DNA from: Scyliorhinus canicula
Taxonomy: Eukaryota
Assembly: GCF_902713615.1 (NCBI RefSeq)
Contig: NC_052164.1
Span: 40,349,091-40,413,090 of the forward strand
Direction of reading: 5' to 3'
DNA length: 64,000 nucleotides
Part shown: one piece after another, positions 22,661 to 36,690 of the stretch
How positions within the stretch are numbered: the stretch's first letter is position 1
How the letters are laid out: the number at the start of each line of letters is the position of its first letter
Notes under the pieces: generated by a model
What the model was told of the DNA's origin: nothing
The model's input: the letters and a program-made list of their open reading frames with translations, nothing else
Database searches by the model: none
Program-made: the position numbers and the translations under genes

Positions 22661-23572
22661 GTGAGTTGAACCTACAGCCAGAGCCGGATTCGAATCAAAC
22701 AGCGTCTGTATGTTTTACAAAGTCATATCAGGAGAGGAAGAAAAATGTGTGAAAAAACACATCAGGTCTGAGCGGTGAATAGAAGTTGGACACTGAGGCG
22801 AGGAGAATTTACAGAAAGGAGGGATTGTTATCTGGGGGCGGGGGTGAAAGAGGATTCAGAAACAAGCCATTCACATCAATAATCTGTGTTTAATGTAACC
22901 AAACAATCACAGTGTTATCAGGAACACAGTAAAGTAAATTTGACATCAAGTTACGTAAGAAGGTAAAAGAACAGATGGCTAAAAGCTGGTAAAAGAGGGA
23001 ACTTTTCAGGAAGGTCTTGCCGTAGGAAGGGGAGGTGGAGAAATGCGGAAGTTTACGGAGGGAATTCCTAATCTTAACGCTGAGATAGCTGAAGACTGCG
23101 CCTCAAAAATGAACATTGGAAACCAGGACGCCAGATCTGGAGGTGGACAGATATGTCAGAGTGTTTTCGAGGCTGGAGATGATTACAGACACAACAGAAG
23201 ACTTAAAAACAAGTAGGAGAATTTAAAGATGAAGGCATTGCTTAACTCGGCGTCAATATAAATCAGCAAACTCAGGTACAATGAGAGAACAAGATTCATG
23301 ATTTATGCCAAATCCATCTCAGACATAAATTACTACAGGTTTCGATTGGGGAGAAAGTGGAAAGTCGATCAGGCAGGTGTAGGAGTGACCAAACGAGGAG
23401 GTAACAAAGCTATGGATGGAAATTTCAGCTTCAGAGTTGCTCAGCCAGAGAGGGGGACAAGTGTGATTGGGGGGGGGGGGGGGGGGGAGTGGGCAGTCTT
23501 ACTTGTGGCGTCGATGTGGTCAGAAACTCATTTCAGGGTCAAATATCACACCTGCACATCTTGGGACTGTGA

Positions 23573-23719
23573 TGTGGAGATTTCGGCGTTGGACTGGGGT
23601 GAGCACAGTAAGAAGTCTTACAACACCAGGTTAAAGTCCAACAGGTTTGTTTCAAACACGAGCTTTCGGAGCGCAGCTCCTTCTTCAGGTGACCTAGTGT
23701 TGTAAGACGTCTTACTGTG
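23573..23719. mobile_element. Penelope-like cassette inserted in a SINE
   Basis: Flanked by CATCTTGGGACTGTGA repeats; has a short inverted tail. Confidence 0.75.
23657..23691 (-). ncRNA. Minimal hammerhead motif
   Basis: Minus strand reads CAC-CTGAAGA-A-GGAGC-TGC-GCTCC-GAA-AGCT-C-GTG; only the stem II loop differs. Confidence 0.7.
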
Positions 23720-24995
23720 CATCTTGGGACTGTGAGAGGAAACCGGAGCACCGGGAGGAAACCCAAGCAGACACGGGGAGAACGTGCAGACTCCGCACAA
23801 TCACCAGAGGCTGGAATTGAACCTGGGTGTGAGGCAGCAGTGTTAATTACTGTGCCAGGTGCTGCCTCTATGATCTGCTGGTAACTTTCACCTCACTTTT
23901 CCTCTCTGTCCAAAGTAGCACAGTGGTGCAAAGATCAGCACTGCTGCCTCAGGGCACCGAGGACCCGGGTTCGATACCGGCTCTGGGTCACTGTCTGTGT
24001 GGAGTTTGCATATTCTCCCCGTGTCTGCATGGGTCTCATCTCCACAACCAAAAGATGTGCTGGTTAGTTGGATTGGTCACACTAAATTGCCCCTTAATTG
24101 GAAAAAAGTAATTGGTACTCTATAGTTCTAAAAAAAACTTTTCCTGTCTGTCCCTCTCCCCCGGGACACACTTGTAGATTCCCCTTGAATATCTGCAATG
24201 ACCGAGGGGTTGCTTTACTGAGGAAGCGAATTCGAAAGACTAATGAGCCACTGAGACAAACAAATTCCTCCTTACTTCCATCATAAATGGGAGAGTCTTA
24301 ATTTTTAAACTGTGCACCTTAGTTCTAGAATCCTCTGGAAGAGGGTGCCCTCCTGTCAGCTTGTATCCAGCCAACCCCCCTCAGATTCTGAGACGTTTCA
24401 ATATTCGAATTAGTTTGATCAGCACACCGGGTGTTTTGAGATGATGTCATTGAGAGGTAGCATGCAGCTGAGAAATGGGAGAGGTCAAGGATTGATTCTT
24501 AGGGGACACCAGAGGTAATGCAGCCGTCCTTCAGCAGGAAGAGAAGCCACTGCAGGAAATTCTCTGCCTACGTTGAGATAGATGATAAAAGCAAACGAGG
24601 ACAGCCCCCTTCCAGCCCCATCCACCCAGCCTAAAACTTGACCATTGTGCAGAGGCCTGACCGACCCGTGTCAAGGTGCAGACATGATATGGAGATGCTG
24701 GCGTTGGACTGGGCTGAGCACAGTGAAAAGTCTCAACTGAGGAAGGAGCAGTGCTCCGAAAACTAGTGTTTGAAGCAAACATGTTGGACTTTATCCTGGT
24801 GTTGTAAGACTTCTTAAGGTGCAGACATATAGAGAAGGATCTGAAGGGGAGGTTAACCTTTGTTACAGCCAAACCGTTCTAACCAACTGCCCCCTTATTG
24901 TGCCCTTGATGTGAATCCGTTCAACTTGAAGGAAATCATCTGCTTTTCCAAAATTGATATTAATAATATTGATCCATATTCTTGGAGCTTTGAGT

Positions 24996-25219
24996 TAGAA
25001 CCGGGCGCTGTTTGTGTTTTTGTATTTGGAATCTTCCCGGCCCTGGTTGAGGAATTTCCAGCTTTCAGATTCCTTCCCTCACACAGGGAGCAGACTAACT
25101 ATTCTCCTTGTAAAAGAAACAACCGAAAGCAGATTTCACTTTCCCAACGTAACACCGCTGATCGCCAGACTCTCCTCTTAACACGGAGAGCATGGCAGAG
25201 AGAGATCCTCCCAACACAG
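24996..25219 (+). promoter_or_regulatory. Putative core promoter of IFN gene A'
   Basis: Duplicate of 1255-1480 with the same kB/IRF motifs. Confidence 0.6.
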
Positions 25220-25550
25220 NNNNNNNNNNNNNNNNNNNNNNNNNNNNNNNNNNNNNNNNNNNNNNNNNNNNNNNNNNNNNNNNNNNNNNNNNNNNNNNNN
25301 NNNNNNNNNNNNNNNNNNNNNNNNNNNNNNNNNNNNNNNNNNNNNNNNNNNNNNNNNNNNNNNNNNNNNNNNNNNNNNNNNNNNNNNNNNNNNNNNNNNN
25401 NNNNNNNNNNNNNNNNNNNNNNNNNNNNNNNNNNNNNNNNNNNNNNNNNNNNNNNNNNNNNNNNNNNNNNNNNNNNNNNNNNNNNNNNNNNNNNNNNNNN
25501 NNNNNNNNNNNNNNNNNNNNNNNNNNNNNNNNNNNNNNNNNNNNNNNNNN
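25220..25550. other. Assembly gap at the paralogous position
   Basis: N run. Confidence 0.95.
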
Positions 25551-25710
25551 AGACGCGCAGGAGAGTTTAGGCGGTTGCTCCTGCTGCAAGCGGTTGCATT
25601 TTCACTCCCGGTGATTCTTTCGGTGAAAATACAACAATTGTTCGGAGTTGAACCCGGTTACGGTCAGTGTGTGATCCTCAGCTCCGTATCTCACTCTGGC
25701 TCGGTTGCTC

Positions 25711-28700
25711 ATGGCTCTGGCCAGTATTTGGAGGTTTGTGACGGTGTTGTTCCTCTTGTCCGGGACCCTCAGTCTGGGCTGTGAAAGGCTGCAGTTACAG
25801 CAAGTTCTCAACACAGAGACACTCAGCAAACTGAATGAAATGGTGAGTTGAAGCTGGAGCCAAGAAACAATTCCCCATCGCACTGGGTCCATTTGTTTTG
25901 AAGCATTCTCTCAGGAAAATGGTTTTGGGGGTTGCAGCGCTGCACAGTTTATGGTCAGCGAATCTGCAGCATTACTGTTTCTGATCTGGGTTGACACAGT
26001 GTTTGTCTTTGCTCTCAGGGCGGTCGCTTCCCTCGGCAATGTGTCAGGGTGAGGTTTGCGCTGACAACCAAGACCTTGAATCTGGTGAAACTGTCTGAGG
26101 GTTTGCAGGTGAGTGAACACTGGGGCTTATTATCATTTATTCCATCAGAAATGTGCGAAAAACACGATAAAGATCAACCACCAGGATGGACAGAGCAGGT
26201 CGTTCATTGAAGTTGTCAGTGGAAATGCGGGAGCTCCTGCTTTGAACTCAACCCCCCGGGTAAAGACTCTCTTCCTCGTTCCCTCAGACTGATGTAGGGA
26301 ATGGAACCGCATTGAGCTGTGATGCACCCTGTTGGGGGAGCCTGCCAAGTCTGCAGCATCATTCAAAGGTTACTTGTGCCTGCTAATCATCTCAATTCCT
26401 TTCATCACCTCACTACCCATTAGCATCTCTGTCTTCTCCCTCTTACTCCCTCACTGTCTATCCACTTCTTACCATCAATCGTCCTATACAGTTCAGGCAG
26501 GGCCCTTTCATCTGTGGATTCCACACAACATACCTGTCCACTCTCCATTGCATTCACTCGATGGTCACTGTGTTGATATTGGTGGGATGGTTAGCTCATT
26601 GGCTAGTCCAGGATGCTGCCACCAGCGCTGGTCCAATTCCTGTCTGACTGAGGAGGTGTGAGACCTGCCTCTGCGCCCTTCCCTGAGAGTCGAAGACAAT
26701 GACAGACTCCCTCTACAAATAAACAAAAACAAACTGCCCAGAAAGCAACTCAGGGTGAAGCATCAGATGCCACAGCGCCAGAGGCCCAGGGTGACCGTGT
26801 GGAGTTTTCACGTTCGCTCCGTGTGCGTGGGATTCCTCCGGGTGCTCTGGTTTCCTCTCACAGTCCAAAGATGTGCAGGTGAGGTGGATTGGCCATGATA
26901 AATTGTCCCTTAGTGCCCAAAGGTTTGGTGGGGTTATGGGGATGTGGCAGCGGAGTGGAAGGGGAGCTCCATTATTCTAATACTGTCCAGGGTGTTCTCT
27001 CAATTTATGTCCTCTATAAACTGGAACAGAATCCAATAACTACTGTAATATAACATAACTCAATTATCTCTGGTGCAGCACGGTGGCACAGTGGTTAGCA
27101 TTGCTGCCTCAGGGTGCCGAGGTCCCAGGCTTGATCCCGGCTCTGGGTCATTGTCAGTGTGGAGTTTGCGCATTCTTTCCATGTTTGCGTGGATTTCGCT
27201 CCCACAATCCAAAGATGTGCAGGGTAGGTGATTTGCCGTGCTAAATTGCCACTTAATTCGAAAAAATGAATTGAGTACTCTAAATTTATTTTTTTAAAAC
27301 TCATCATCTCTAAATATTCCAACAACACAAACTCCCAGTCAGCCATCACCTCTGCATTCTCAGATTAGATTCATTCAGATATCACCAAGTTCACAACTTT
27401 GCAAAATTGATTTTTCCGATATTCCCCGAGGTGCCACCAAAATCTCGAATGGAGAGAGTTATTTCACTCACAGGGTCCGAGGAAGGAGATATTGATGGAT
27501 GGGTCTTGTCAGGAGATTTGGTGTCAGTGGAGGGGGTTAAGTCGATGTGCGAGGAGGAGTTGGGGCCCATATTGAATGACGAGGTGTGAGGCACTTCGCA
27601 GGGTGAACTCCACATCCACCTGGGCCAGGTTTGGTTTGATACAGCCTCGGGTAGTTTTGAGGGCGCATTTGACCAATTTCAGAATGAGTCACTTCTTTTT
27701 AGTGGGGGGGGGGGGGGGGGGGGGGACGACAGGTTTACAGTGCTGTTTACATGGTCCGGGTAACAACGTGCATATGTTCTGGTTTTGTCCCGAGGTCATG
27801 GGTTTTGGGGTCTCCTTCTTTAGCACCATGTTGGCGATCCTGAAGATTGAGCTGGAGCCCTAACCTTTAGCGGCCATACTTTGGGTGTCAGACTTATCAG
27901 AGCTGCAAACGGGCGCAGGGGCCAATGGCGTCGCCTTCTCCTTGCTCATTGCTCGGAAGTGAGTTCTGCTGGGATGGAGTTCTCCGCCTCCATCCAGTGC
28001 CTCGGTTTGGCTTGGGGACCTGATTGAGTTCCTATTCCTTGAAAAAGTCAAAGAAAAGTTGAGGGGAGCAATCGACGGGATTCTATGGGGGATGAAGCCT
28101 TTTACTGTCTTTTTCAAGGAAATTGTCACCTTTTGTTACTCGGGATGGGGGGGGGGGGAGTTGACGGGAGGGGAGTGGCAGGTTTCATGAGAGGTTGTTT
28201 TATGTTTCTGTTTTTCATATCTGTAGATGTGTTTATTTTTCTTGTTATTTTGAATTTCATAAATGAAATATATTAATGAAAATATTTATTAAAAAAACAA
28301 AAATGCATCATCTTTAATCTGATTGTGTATATATTCCCCAGACACAGGACAGGATCCAGATTGTCCATCAGACCCTGCGTCACATCAGCAAGATCTACAG
28401 CATGAACCTGGGTTCAGTCACCTGGGACCGGAACAAGGTGGAAAACCTCCGCCTTCTCCTAGACCGACAGCTCAGTGAGCTGGAAGAATGTGCCAGGAAA
28501 CAGGGCTCAGAGGCCAGACTGAGGAAAAACTCCACCATTCAAAAATACTTCAGGAAACTGAGGAAGTTTCTCAAACAGAAGGTGGGACAATTGATAATTG
28601 ACTCTGTGATTATTGGATTGTAGTTTATTTGACCGTATTAGATCTGTTCATTTTCCAATTGGGTTTCCTTAAAATATATTCTGTTTTTCCAGACATTCAG

Positions 28701-28773
28701 CAACTGTGCTTGGGAAATAATCCGCGCTGAGACCAGGGCCCGTTTACAACAGCTCCTTTACTTAATGGCATAA
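25711..28773 (+). CDS. Type I interferon, subtype A copy 2 (4 exons, 180 aa; C-terminus shortened by CAA>TAA)
   Basis: Exons 25711-25842, 26019-26108, 28342-28581, 28693-28773. The TAA at 28771-28773 lies 6 codons before the paralogous TGA. Confidence 0.92.
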
Positions 28774-31700
28774 GTCCGCAGAAGAAATTGAAATAAAATC
28801 CAACCGCATGTTCAGCAGAGACTGGAATAATTTATTTAAATTGACTGTTATTTATAGAATAACAGAATTCTGTGGTGACTGACAAAGAGCAAAGAATATC
28901 TTGATGTAATTTTCTATTTGATTATTTATTCTAATTTATTAATATTTATCGCTGCAATATTTTTATGTTGTGAAATCTTCATCATATGTGTGCTAAGCTA
29001 AATGGATGGCCATGATGTCTTTGTACAACAGATGTTAGATTTTTACGGTTGTGAACTCACAAATGTAAAGAAGGTATTTCGATGACACATTTCAGACAGA
29101 CTGAAACAAGAAATAGTTCTTTCAAAGCTTCACGTTTTTGAGAAGTATTATATTTTATGTCTACAGTACGTCTGGAATTTCAATTCTGACAGCTTGGCTC
29201 GATGATAACACTGATTGGTGGGTCAAACCCCACTTAATTCTCACTGGGCTCCTTATTGTAGCTGCTGAAACTCCAATCACAATTCTGCACTGGGAATGGT
29301 CCAGCCAATCCTCAGCTCTGCTTTCCCGGTTTCCTCAGTCTCAAGGGTCGGTTGCAGACAAACGACCCCTGACCTCATTCCTGTTTCAGACTCACCTTTA
29401 CTTTCTGTTCACCACAAGGTCAACATTTCAATTAATTCCTCCTCATTTTAATTTATTGATATTTATCATTGTGTTGGCTTTGTGTCATGGAATGCTTAAG
29501 TTTTGTACAATTTATGAAAAATAAATGTTAATTTATTGATTTTTATTAAATTTTGGTTAATAAATATATATTTTTCATAAACCTGGCAACGTTTTATACT
29601 GAATGAAAGCATATTTGTTCAAATAAATTGTTTTTGATATCACGCATTTGCTGGAGTAATATTTATTTTTCATGGGTCTTCTCAGGGTTTTCCTCAGTCT
29701 CAAGGGTGGGTTGCAGACAAACGACCCCTGACCCCATTCCTGTTTCAGATTCACCTTTACTTTCTGTTCACCACAAGGTCAACATTTCAATTAATTCCTC
29801 CTTTTCATAGAATTTACAATGGAGAAGGAGGCCATTCAGCCCATCGAGTCTGCACCGGCTCTTGGAAAGAGCACCCTACCCAAGGTCAACAACTCCACCC
29901 TATCCCCATAACCCAGTAACCCCACCCAACACTAAGGGCAATTTTTGGACACTAAGGACAATTTATCATGGCTAATCCACCTAACCTGCACATCTTTGGA
30001 CTGTGGGAGGAACCCGGAGCACCCGGAGGAAACCCACGCACACACGGGGAGGATGTGCAGACTCCGCACAGACAGTGACCCAAGCCGGAATCGAACCTGG
30101 GTCCCTGGAGCGGTGAAGCGATTGTGCTATCCACAATCCTCATTTTAATTTATTGATATTTATCATTGTGTTGGCTTTGTGTCATGGATTGCTAAAGTTT
30201 TGTACAATTTATGAAAAATAAATGTAAATTTATTGATTTTTATTAAATTTTGGGAAATAAGTAATTTTTTTTATAAATCTGGCAACTTTTTATACTGAAT
30301 GAAAGGATATTTGTTCAAATAAATTGTTTTTGATATCACGCATTTTCTGGAGTAATATTTATTTTTCATGGGTCTTCTTCACTATAAATGTGTTATAATT
30401 GAACAAGTTAGCATTAGGATGGAAGAGGTATTAATTATTTTAGTGCACTTAAGAGTGGTGATTATCTGCTTTCACTGCTATCAAAGGAAGGAGAGGGCCT
30501 TGGAGTAGGTGAATATTGACTAGGATGGGCACACGGTGTGGATATATCAGAACATTAGGATTGAGCTGGCGCAGAGCTGTGCGGACTTCAACAAGGTGAA
30601 GGTGATGCAATTTGCCATAGTTTACCCGGTGTGATTGTGGGTCACAATGGACTCGAAAGATTATTTTTTCAACATGCTGGAGCTGGCAGAGGCCTTCACC
30701 AGAGAGAAGAAGCTGGGGCTGGTCTGAGGAGCATCATTTGGGATTCTGCGTTTGAAGGTGGGACGATTTTATAGTGTATTTGTGCCTCATTTTAGTATAT
30801 TTCTTTCTCTTGGGGTTGGGGCTGTAAGAACGTGGGATTGACACATTTCTTGGCTCAGAGACAAGCTTGCTAATAATGTTGGGATTTGGGTTTCGGGAGT
30901 GCATCAGAAGGGAGTGGGTGGTTGTTGCTTTTAGGGATGTAATGCAGGGTGATGCTGGGAGGGGGTCACCTTGCTAGCGGAAGGAGACGGTGTGGCTAGT
31001 GAATGAGAGAGGAGTGGAGGAAGAGGCTGTTGGGCTAGATCATGTGAGGCACAATCGATCGAGCTGTTTTACTGTTTGTTTGGTAGGGGCATGGGGCCCG
31101 GTATGGTGTTCCTACAAGAAACTCACCTGTGGGTGCCGGACCATCCAGGTTGGGGAAGCCCTGGGTGAGCCAGGTTTTCCACTCAGGGTTTGACAGATGG
31201 GTCGGGGGGGAGTGGATTTCGGTCAGCAAAATGATTCGCTTTCAGTCGGGAATTCTGGCTGATCAGGGGATGGTTATGTGATGGTTACAGGTATGCTGGG
31301 GGGGCGGTTTCGCCATGGGCAGGTTTAGCTCACCAGGCTAAATCGCTGGCTTATAAAGCAGACCAAGCAGGCCAGCACTGTTCGATTCCCATACCAGCCT
31401 CCCTGGACAGGCGCTGGAATGTGGCGACTGGGGGCTTTTCACAGTAACTTCATTGAAGCCTACTCGTGGCAATAGGTGATTTTCATTTCATTTCATGGTG
31501 TGAGTGAATGTGTATGCCCCAAATTGGAGCAATGTCAAGTCTATGGGGTGCTTGCTGGCTGCAATACCGGAGATGGACACCCACCAATTGATTTTAGGGG
31601 CGAGATTTTAATTTCGTCTTAGATCCGAAGCTGGACTGTTCCCGATTGAGGTCACTAACCCAATCAGGAATTACAAGGGTGTTGGCTGCATTCATGGAGG

Positions 31701-34700
31701 AGACAACAGACAATGTTTTAGTGACTTGATTGAGCTTTAGTATCTCAAGAAGTTCAAGTTTACAGTGAGGGGGTTGTTAGATGGGTTCCACCGTAGATGA
31801 CGACTCTTCATATTGTTCTTTAAGGAATGGGTCACTGCTGGCTGTTAGTGAGGTTAGGGGTGTGTGTTATTTGGGTTGCATTTCTGTTACTGGGGTTATT
31901 GTTATGGGAAGGATGTGATTGCAGTAGAAAGAGTGCAGAGGAGATTCACCAGCATGTTGCCTGGACAGGAGTTATGAAGCGAAGCTGACCAGGCTGGGGT
32001 TAGTTTCCTTCGAGCAGAGAAGGCTGAGTGGAAGCTGATTGAGCTGTGTAAAATTATGTGGGACATAGACAGGACAAATGCAATCCTTCACTTCCTCTAT
32101 TCCATTGTTTCTCACTTCAGCCTTTCACTTGGTCGTTCCATTCTACAACTCAATGGCTCATCTTTCACTTTGCTCTGCAAAGCACTGAGCTATGATTCTG
32201 ATTGTTGCCGTTTGATCACACGCGAGTATAATTTGTCTTCATTCATCTACAAATAGTGCTAGTATTTTAGAGAATTATGTTTTACTTTTTATTATCAAAT
32301 ATCCCCTGTCTTTGTCCTCATTCAATTAATAAATTACCTTTGTTTTACAGACAAGATGGAGAGACTTCAAAACTTTTTCTAAAGATTTTTTCTCCATATT
32401 CAAAATGTTTTTTTGGAATTATAGAGTAAGTAATCCTGTCTTGGATTCAGAGGTTGGAGGGTTCAAATGCACTGGAGAGTCATAGTTCAGACATGACCCC
32501 TGCCTCTGAATTATGGGTTGTCATCCAACCACACATTTGTGCCCAATGATCAAGATTCTCAGTTCCCCATTGTATTATTTGGGCGATTGCATAAAATCTC
32601 ACTGATTTACAGGATCCTTTCAAATCAGCCTCTCAACTCAGATAAAGATGGTCATGCCAAGAAAATAATGTACAAGTTTGAATGGTTAATTTGCTTGTGA
32701 CTCCTTCCTTTACTCCGCAGGGGGAGAATATGAGGTTTTGTGTCAATTAGATTAATGTCAGGTTGTCCTTCTGTTTTTTAAAATAAATTTAGAGCACACA
32801 ATTCATTTTTCCAATTGAGGGGCAATTTTGCGTGGCCAATCCACCTACCTTGCACATCTTTTGGGTTGTGGGTGCAACCCACGCAAACACGGGGAGAATG
32901 TGCAAATACCACACGGACAGTGACCCAGAGCTGGGACCACCGTGACGTGCGCCCGCTGTACTAACCACTGCGCCACCATGCTGTGCTATCCATCTGTGTT
33001 TTAAATTAATAATCTTTATTGTCACAAGTAGGCTTACATTAATATTGCAATCAAGTCGCTGTGCAGATCCCCTCGTCTCCACTTACCGGCGCCTTTTCAG
33101 GTACACGGAGGGAAAATTCAGAATGTCCAAATTACCCAACAGCACGTCTTTCGGAACTTGTGGAAGGAAACCGGAGCACGCAGAGGGAACCCACGCAGAC
33201 ACTGGGAGAACAGACTGTGCACAGACAGTGATCCAAGCTGGGAATCGAATCTGGGACCTGTCGCTATGAAAGGAGAGTGCTAACCACTGTGTTTTATACT
33301 GTTGTCTGTACCTTTGCATACTTCAAACAGAATACTATTGAAACGTTTAACACAGGTAACTTTATATTTGAGATGAACAAAGGACAAACACAAGTGCACA
33401 CTTAAATCCAAGTTTATTTTCAATCATAATAAAACAGTTATCCCTTAAATTACCCCAGCTATAGTATGGTTTAATACAACATGAGCCGGGGGCAGCAGAG
33501 TCTTGCAGTGTTTGGCAATGCTGCCTCGGGGCCCTGGGTCACTGTCCTTGTGGAGTTTACACATTCTCCCCATGTCTGTGTGGGTTAGAAATGGATACAG
33601 CCCAGAGATCCTTGTGAAGTTAGATTTGGCGCTCTTGGTGGACAACGCATTTTGCAAGAAGGTGGGCATGGTGACAGAGAACTGTGTGGAGTTCAAACAA
33701 AAGGGGAGGTCTCGCTCTGCATGTTTCGGGAGGCATTGAAGGCAGTGGTCTGGCAGCAGTAATACAATATATGGCCCACAGGGACAAGGTTAAGAGCACA
33801 GAAAGACAGAGGTTGGTGGGTGACATTGTGGAAGTGGACTGACTGCACTCAGTGGCTCTGACTAGAGAGTTGTTAGCAGAGAGGAAGAAGCTACAAGTGG
33901 AGTTTGATCTATTAATGACATTCATCTATCAACAGGGTTATTTTATGAGTATGGGGAGTAGGCCAGCCACCTGCTAACCCATCAGTTGATGCCATAGGCG
34001 GCCATGTGGGACATAACACAGGTGATGGATGAGGAAGCAGGTTTAGCGATGACACCGGAGAAAACTAATGAAGCATTCAAGGTCTTTTACCCGGGGCTGT
34101 ATTGGTCCGGGCCCCAAGGGGAGGATGCAGAGCTGCTGCACTTTTATATTCCCGGAGGTGGAAAGGGGGAAGGGACAGGGTGTGGAGGCATCACTGGGAC
34201 TGCCGGAGATAATGGAGTCCGTTGGGTTGATGCCGTCGGTGAAGGCACCAGGGCTAGATGGCTTTCCGGTTGAATTTTATAAAACAGTTTTGGCTGCGTT
34301 GGCATCCATCTCCAGCGAAAGTATAAAGATTCGCTGGCACGGGGGCAAGCTGCCCACTTGGCTGGCTCAGGCATCAATCTCACTGATCCCAATGAAGAAA
34401 AAGGATAAAGTGGAGTGTGGGACTTACAGGGCCATCTCCCTGCTAAACGCTGGTGTGACATTGTCGGCTGTGGTTCTCTTCTCAAGCATTTGCTTGTCAC
34501 CAGTGGATGGGGCGGGTGGCGGGGGGTTTCTGGAATGGGAGGAGTGGGAGGGGTGATGCAAGGGGGGTTGATTTGGGGGAATGGCTGTGTTAGTCAAGGG
34601 GAAAATGGACAAATGACAACCTGTTTGTAATTTGGTTGTATCTTCGGCTGACTCTGTGATTTGTTGATGGTAGAAATAAAATATATATATTTTAAAATAC

Positions 34701-36063
34701 TCACTAACACATCTTCAACAGCAGCAGCCAAACCCACCACCTCTGTGACTAGTGTGGCATGGTGGCACAATGGTTAGCACTGCTGCCTCACAGCTCCAGG
34801 GTCCCAGGTTCAATTCCAGCCTCGGATGACTGTCTATGTGGATTTTCTACTTTCTCCCTGTGTCTGTGTGGGTTTCCTCTGCGTGCTAGGGTTTCCTCCC
34901 ACAGTCCAAAAATGTGTGGGTTAGGTGGATTGGACCTGCTAAATTGCCCCGAGTGTCTAAAAGGTTAGGTGGGGTTCCTGGGTTACGAGGATGGGGTGGA
35001 GTCATTGGCTTAATTAGGGTGCTCTTTCCAAGGGCCGGTACAGACTCAGTGGGCCAAATGGCTTCCTTCTGCACTGTAAATTCCATGATTTTGTTGTTCT
35101 CGAAGATGAAGGGTAGTAGATATATGTGAACCTGAACTTGCCCTTCAATCTCACATTCTGACTTGGAAATATATCAACTTCCCCTGACTGTCACTGGATA
35201 GAAATTCTGGAAATCCCTTCCCAACACGTCTGTCAGTTTAGCGAGACCACATGGACTGCAGGGGTTCAAGAAAGTGGCTCAGACCTGCTTCTGAAGGACA
35301 ATTAGAGGGGAGAAACATACCTTGGCCTTGCCAGCAAATTTCACATATCAGCTACAATGTTCTCGAATGGTGGGGTTGAATTGCGAGGCCGAGTGGCTGA
35401 TCATGCTCCTGATTTATTTGTTGTGGTGTTTGTCTGTTCATGATCACAATGCTGGTTGTTGGTGAGTGAAGCTCAAATTGGCTAACATGTTACCTACATT
35501 ACTACAGTGACAATACCTCAAAGGTTCTTGATCAGCTGTCAACTACTTTGTGATGTTCTGTGGTCAAGAAGGTCTCTACATGAATGTAAGTCTGTTTTCA
35601 AATCAAAGACATATTGAAAACAGGCCCCACACACAAAACTGACCTCAGCTCAGGATCAATGGATCATCACTGACATTTTTTACAGGCCTTTGAGGAGGCT
35701 TCAAAAACTACATTTGACAATTTGGGTGTGGGGACAGTAATACTTTCACAAATTAACTTTTTAATTTGGGAACATAAAGAATATTAAACCCCAGTGTCAC
35801 CAGAGATTGAGCCAGTATTATTTTCAGTGATGTTCAATTGGGTTTCTAACGGAGGATAAATCGATCATGTATACACTTTTAAATATATGCATCAATATTT
35901 TGAGATATTTTCAAAAATTCAATTTTAATATTCAGTCTGATTGTGCTGGTTCATGGCAGATGTGACGTTTGGTGATTGGCAATGAGTTGCAGTGGAAAAT
36001 CTTTCAGACGGTTGGTGCAGACTCGATGGGCCGAATGGCTGCCTTCTGCACTCTCAGGATTCA

Positions 36064-36630
36064 ATGATGTGGAGATGCCGGCGTTGGACTGGGGTGGGCA
36101 CACAAAGAAGTCTTACAACACCAGGTTAAAGTCCAACAAGTTTGTTTCAAATCACTAGCTTTCATACCTCTTCATTCACCGGATGAAGGAGCAGTGCTCC
36201 GAAAGCTAGTGTTTGAAACAAACATGTTGGACTTTAACCTGGTGTTTTAAGACTTCTTACTGTGCTCACCCCAGTCCAACGCCCGGCATCTCCACATCAT
36301 GACTAGCTTTTGGTGCATTCCTCCTTCCTCAGGTGAATGGAGAGGTAGGTTCCAGAAACATTTATACAGACAAAGTCAAAGATGCAAGATGATACTTTGA
36401 ATGCGGGTAAATAAGTCTTCACAGAGCCAGAGACAGGGGTAACCCCAGGTAAAAGAGGTGTGAATTGTCTCAAGCCAGGACAGTTGGTAGGATTTCGCAA
36501 GCCCAGGCCAGATGGTGGGGGGTGAATGTCATGCGACATGAGTCCCAGGTCCCGGTTGAGGCCGTACTCATGTGTGCGGAACTTGGCTATATGTTTCTGC
36601 TCTGCAATTCCGCGTTGTTGCGCGACCTGT
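36064..36630 (-). mobile_element. Penelope-like 3' fragment (duplicate), with GIY-YIG C-terminal remnant
   Basis: Minus strand 36629-36525 reads QVAQQRGIAEQKHIAKFRTHEYGLNRDLGLMSHDI, matching the R..E...I....T...G.N tail of Penelope GIY-YIG endonucleases. Confidence 0.8.
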
Positions 36631-36690
36631 GAATTAGAGATGAGAAACCTTGGCCTTGCCTGCGACCCTCACATCCCATCAATGAATTAA

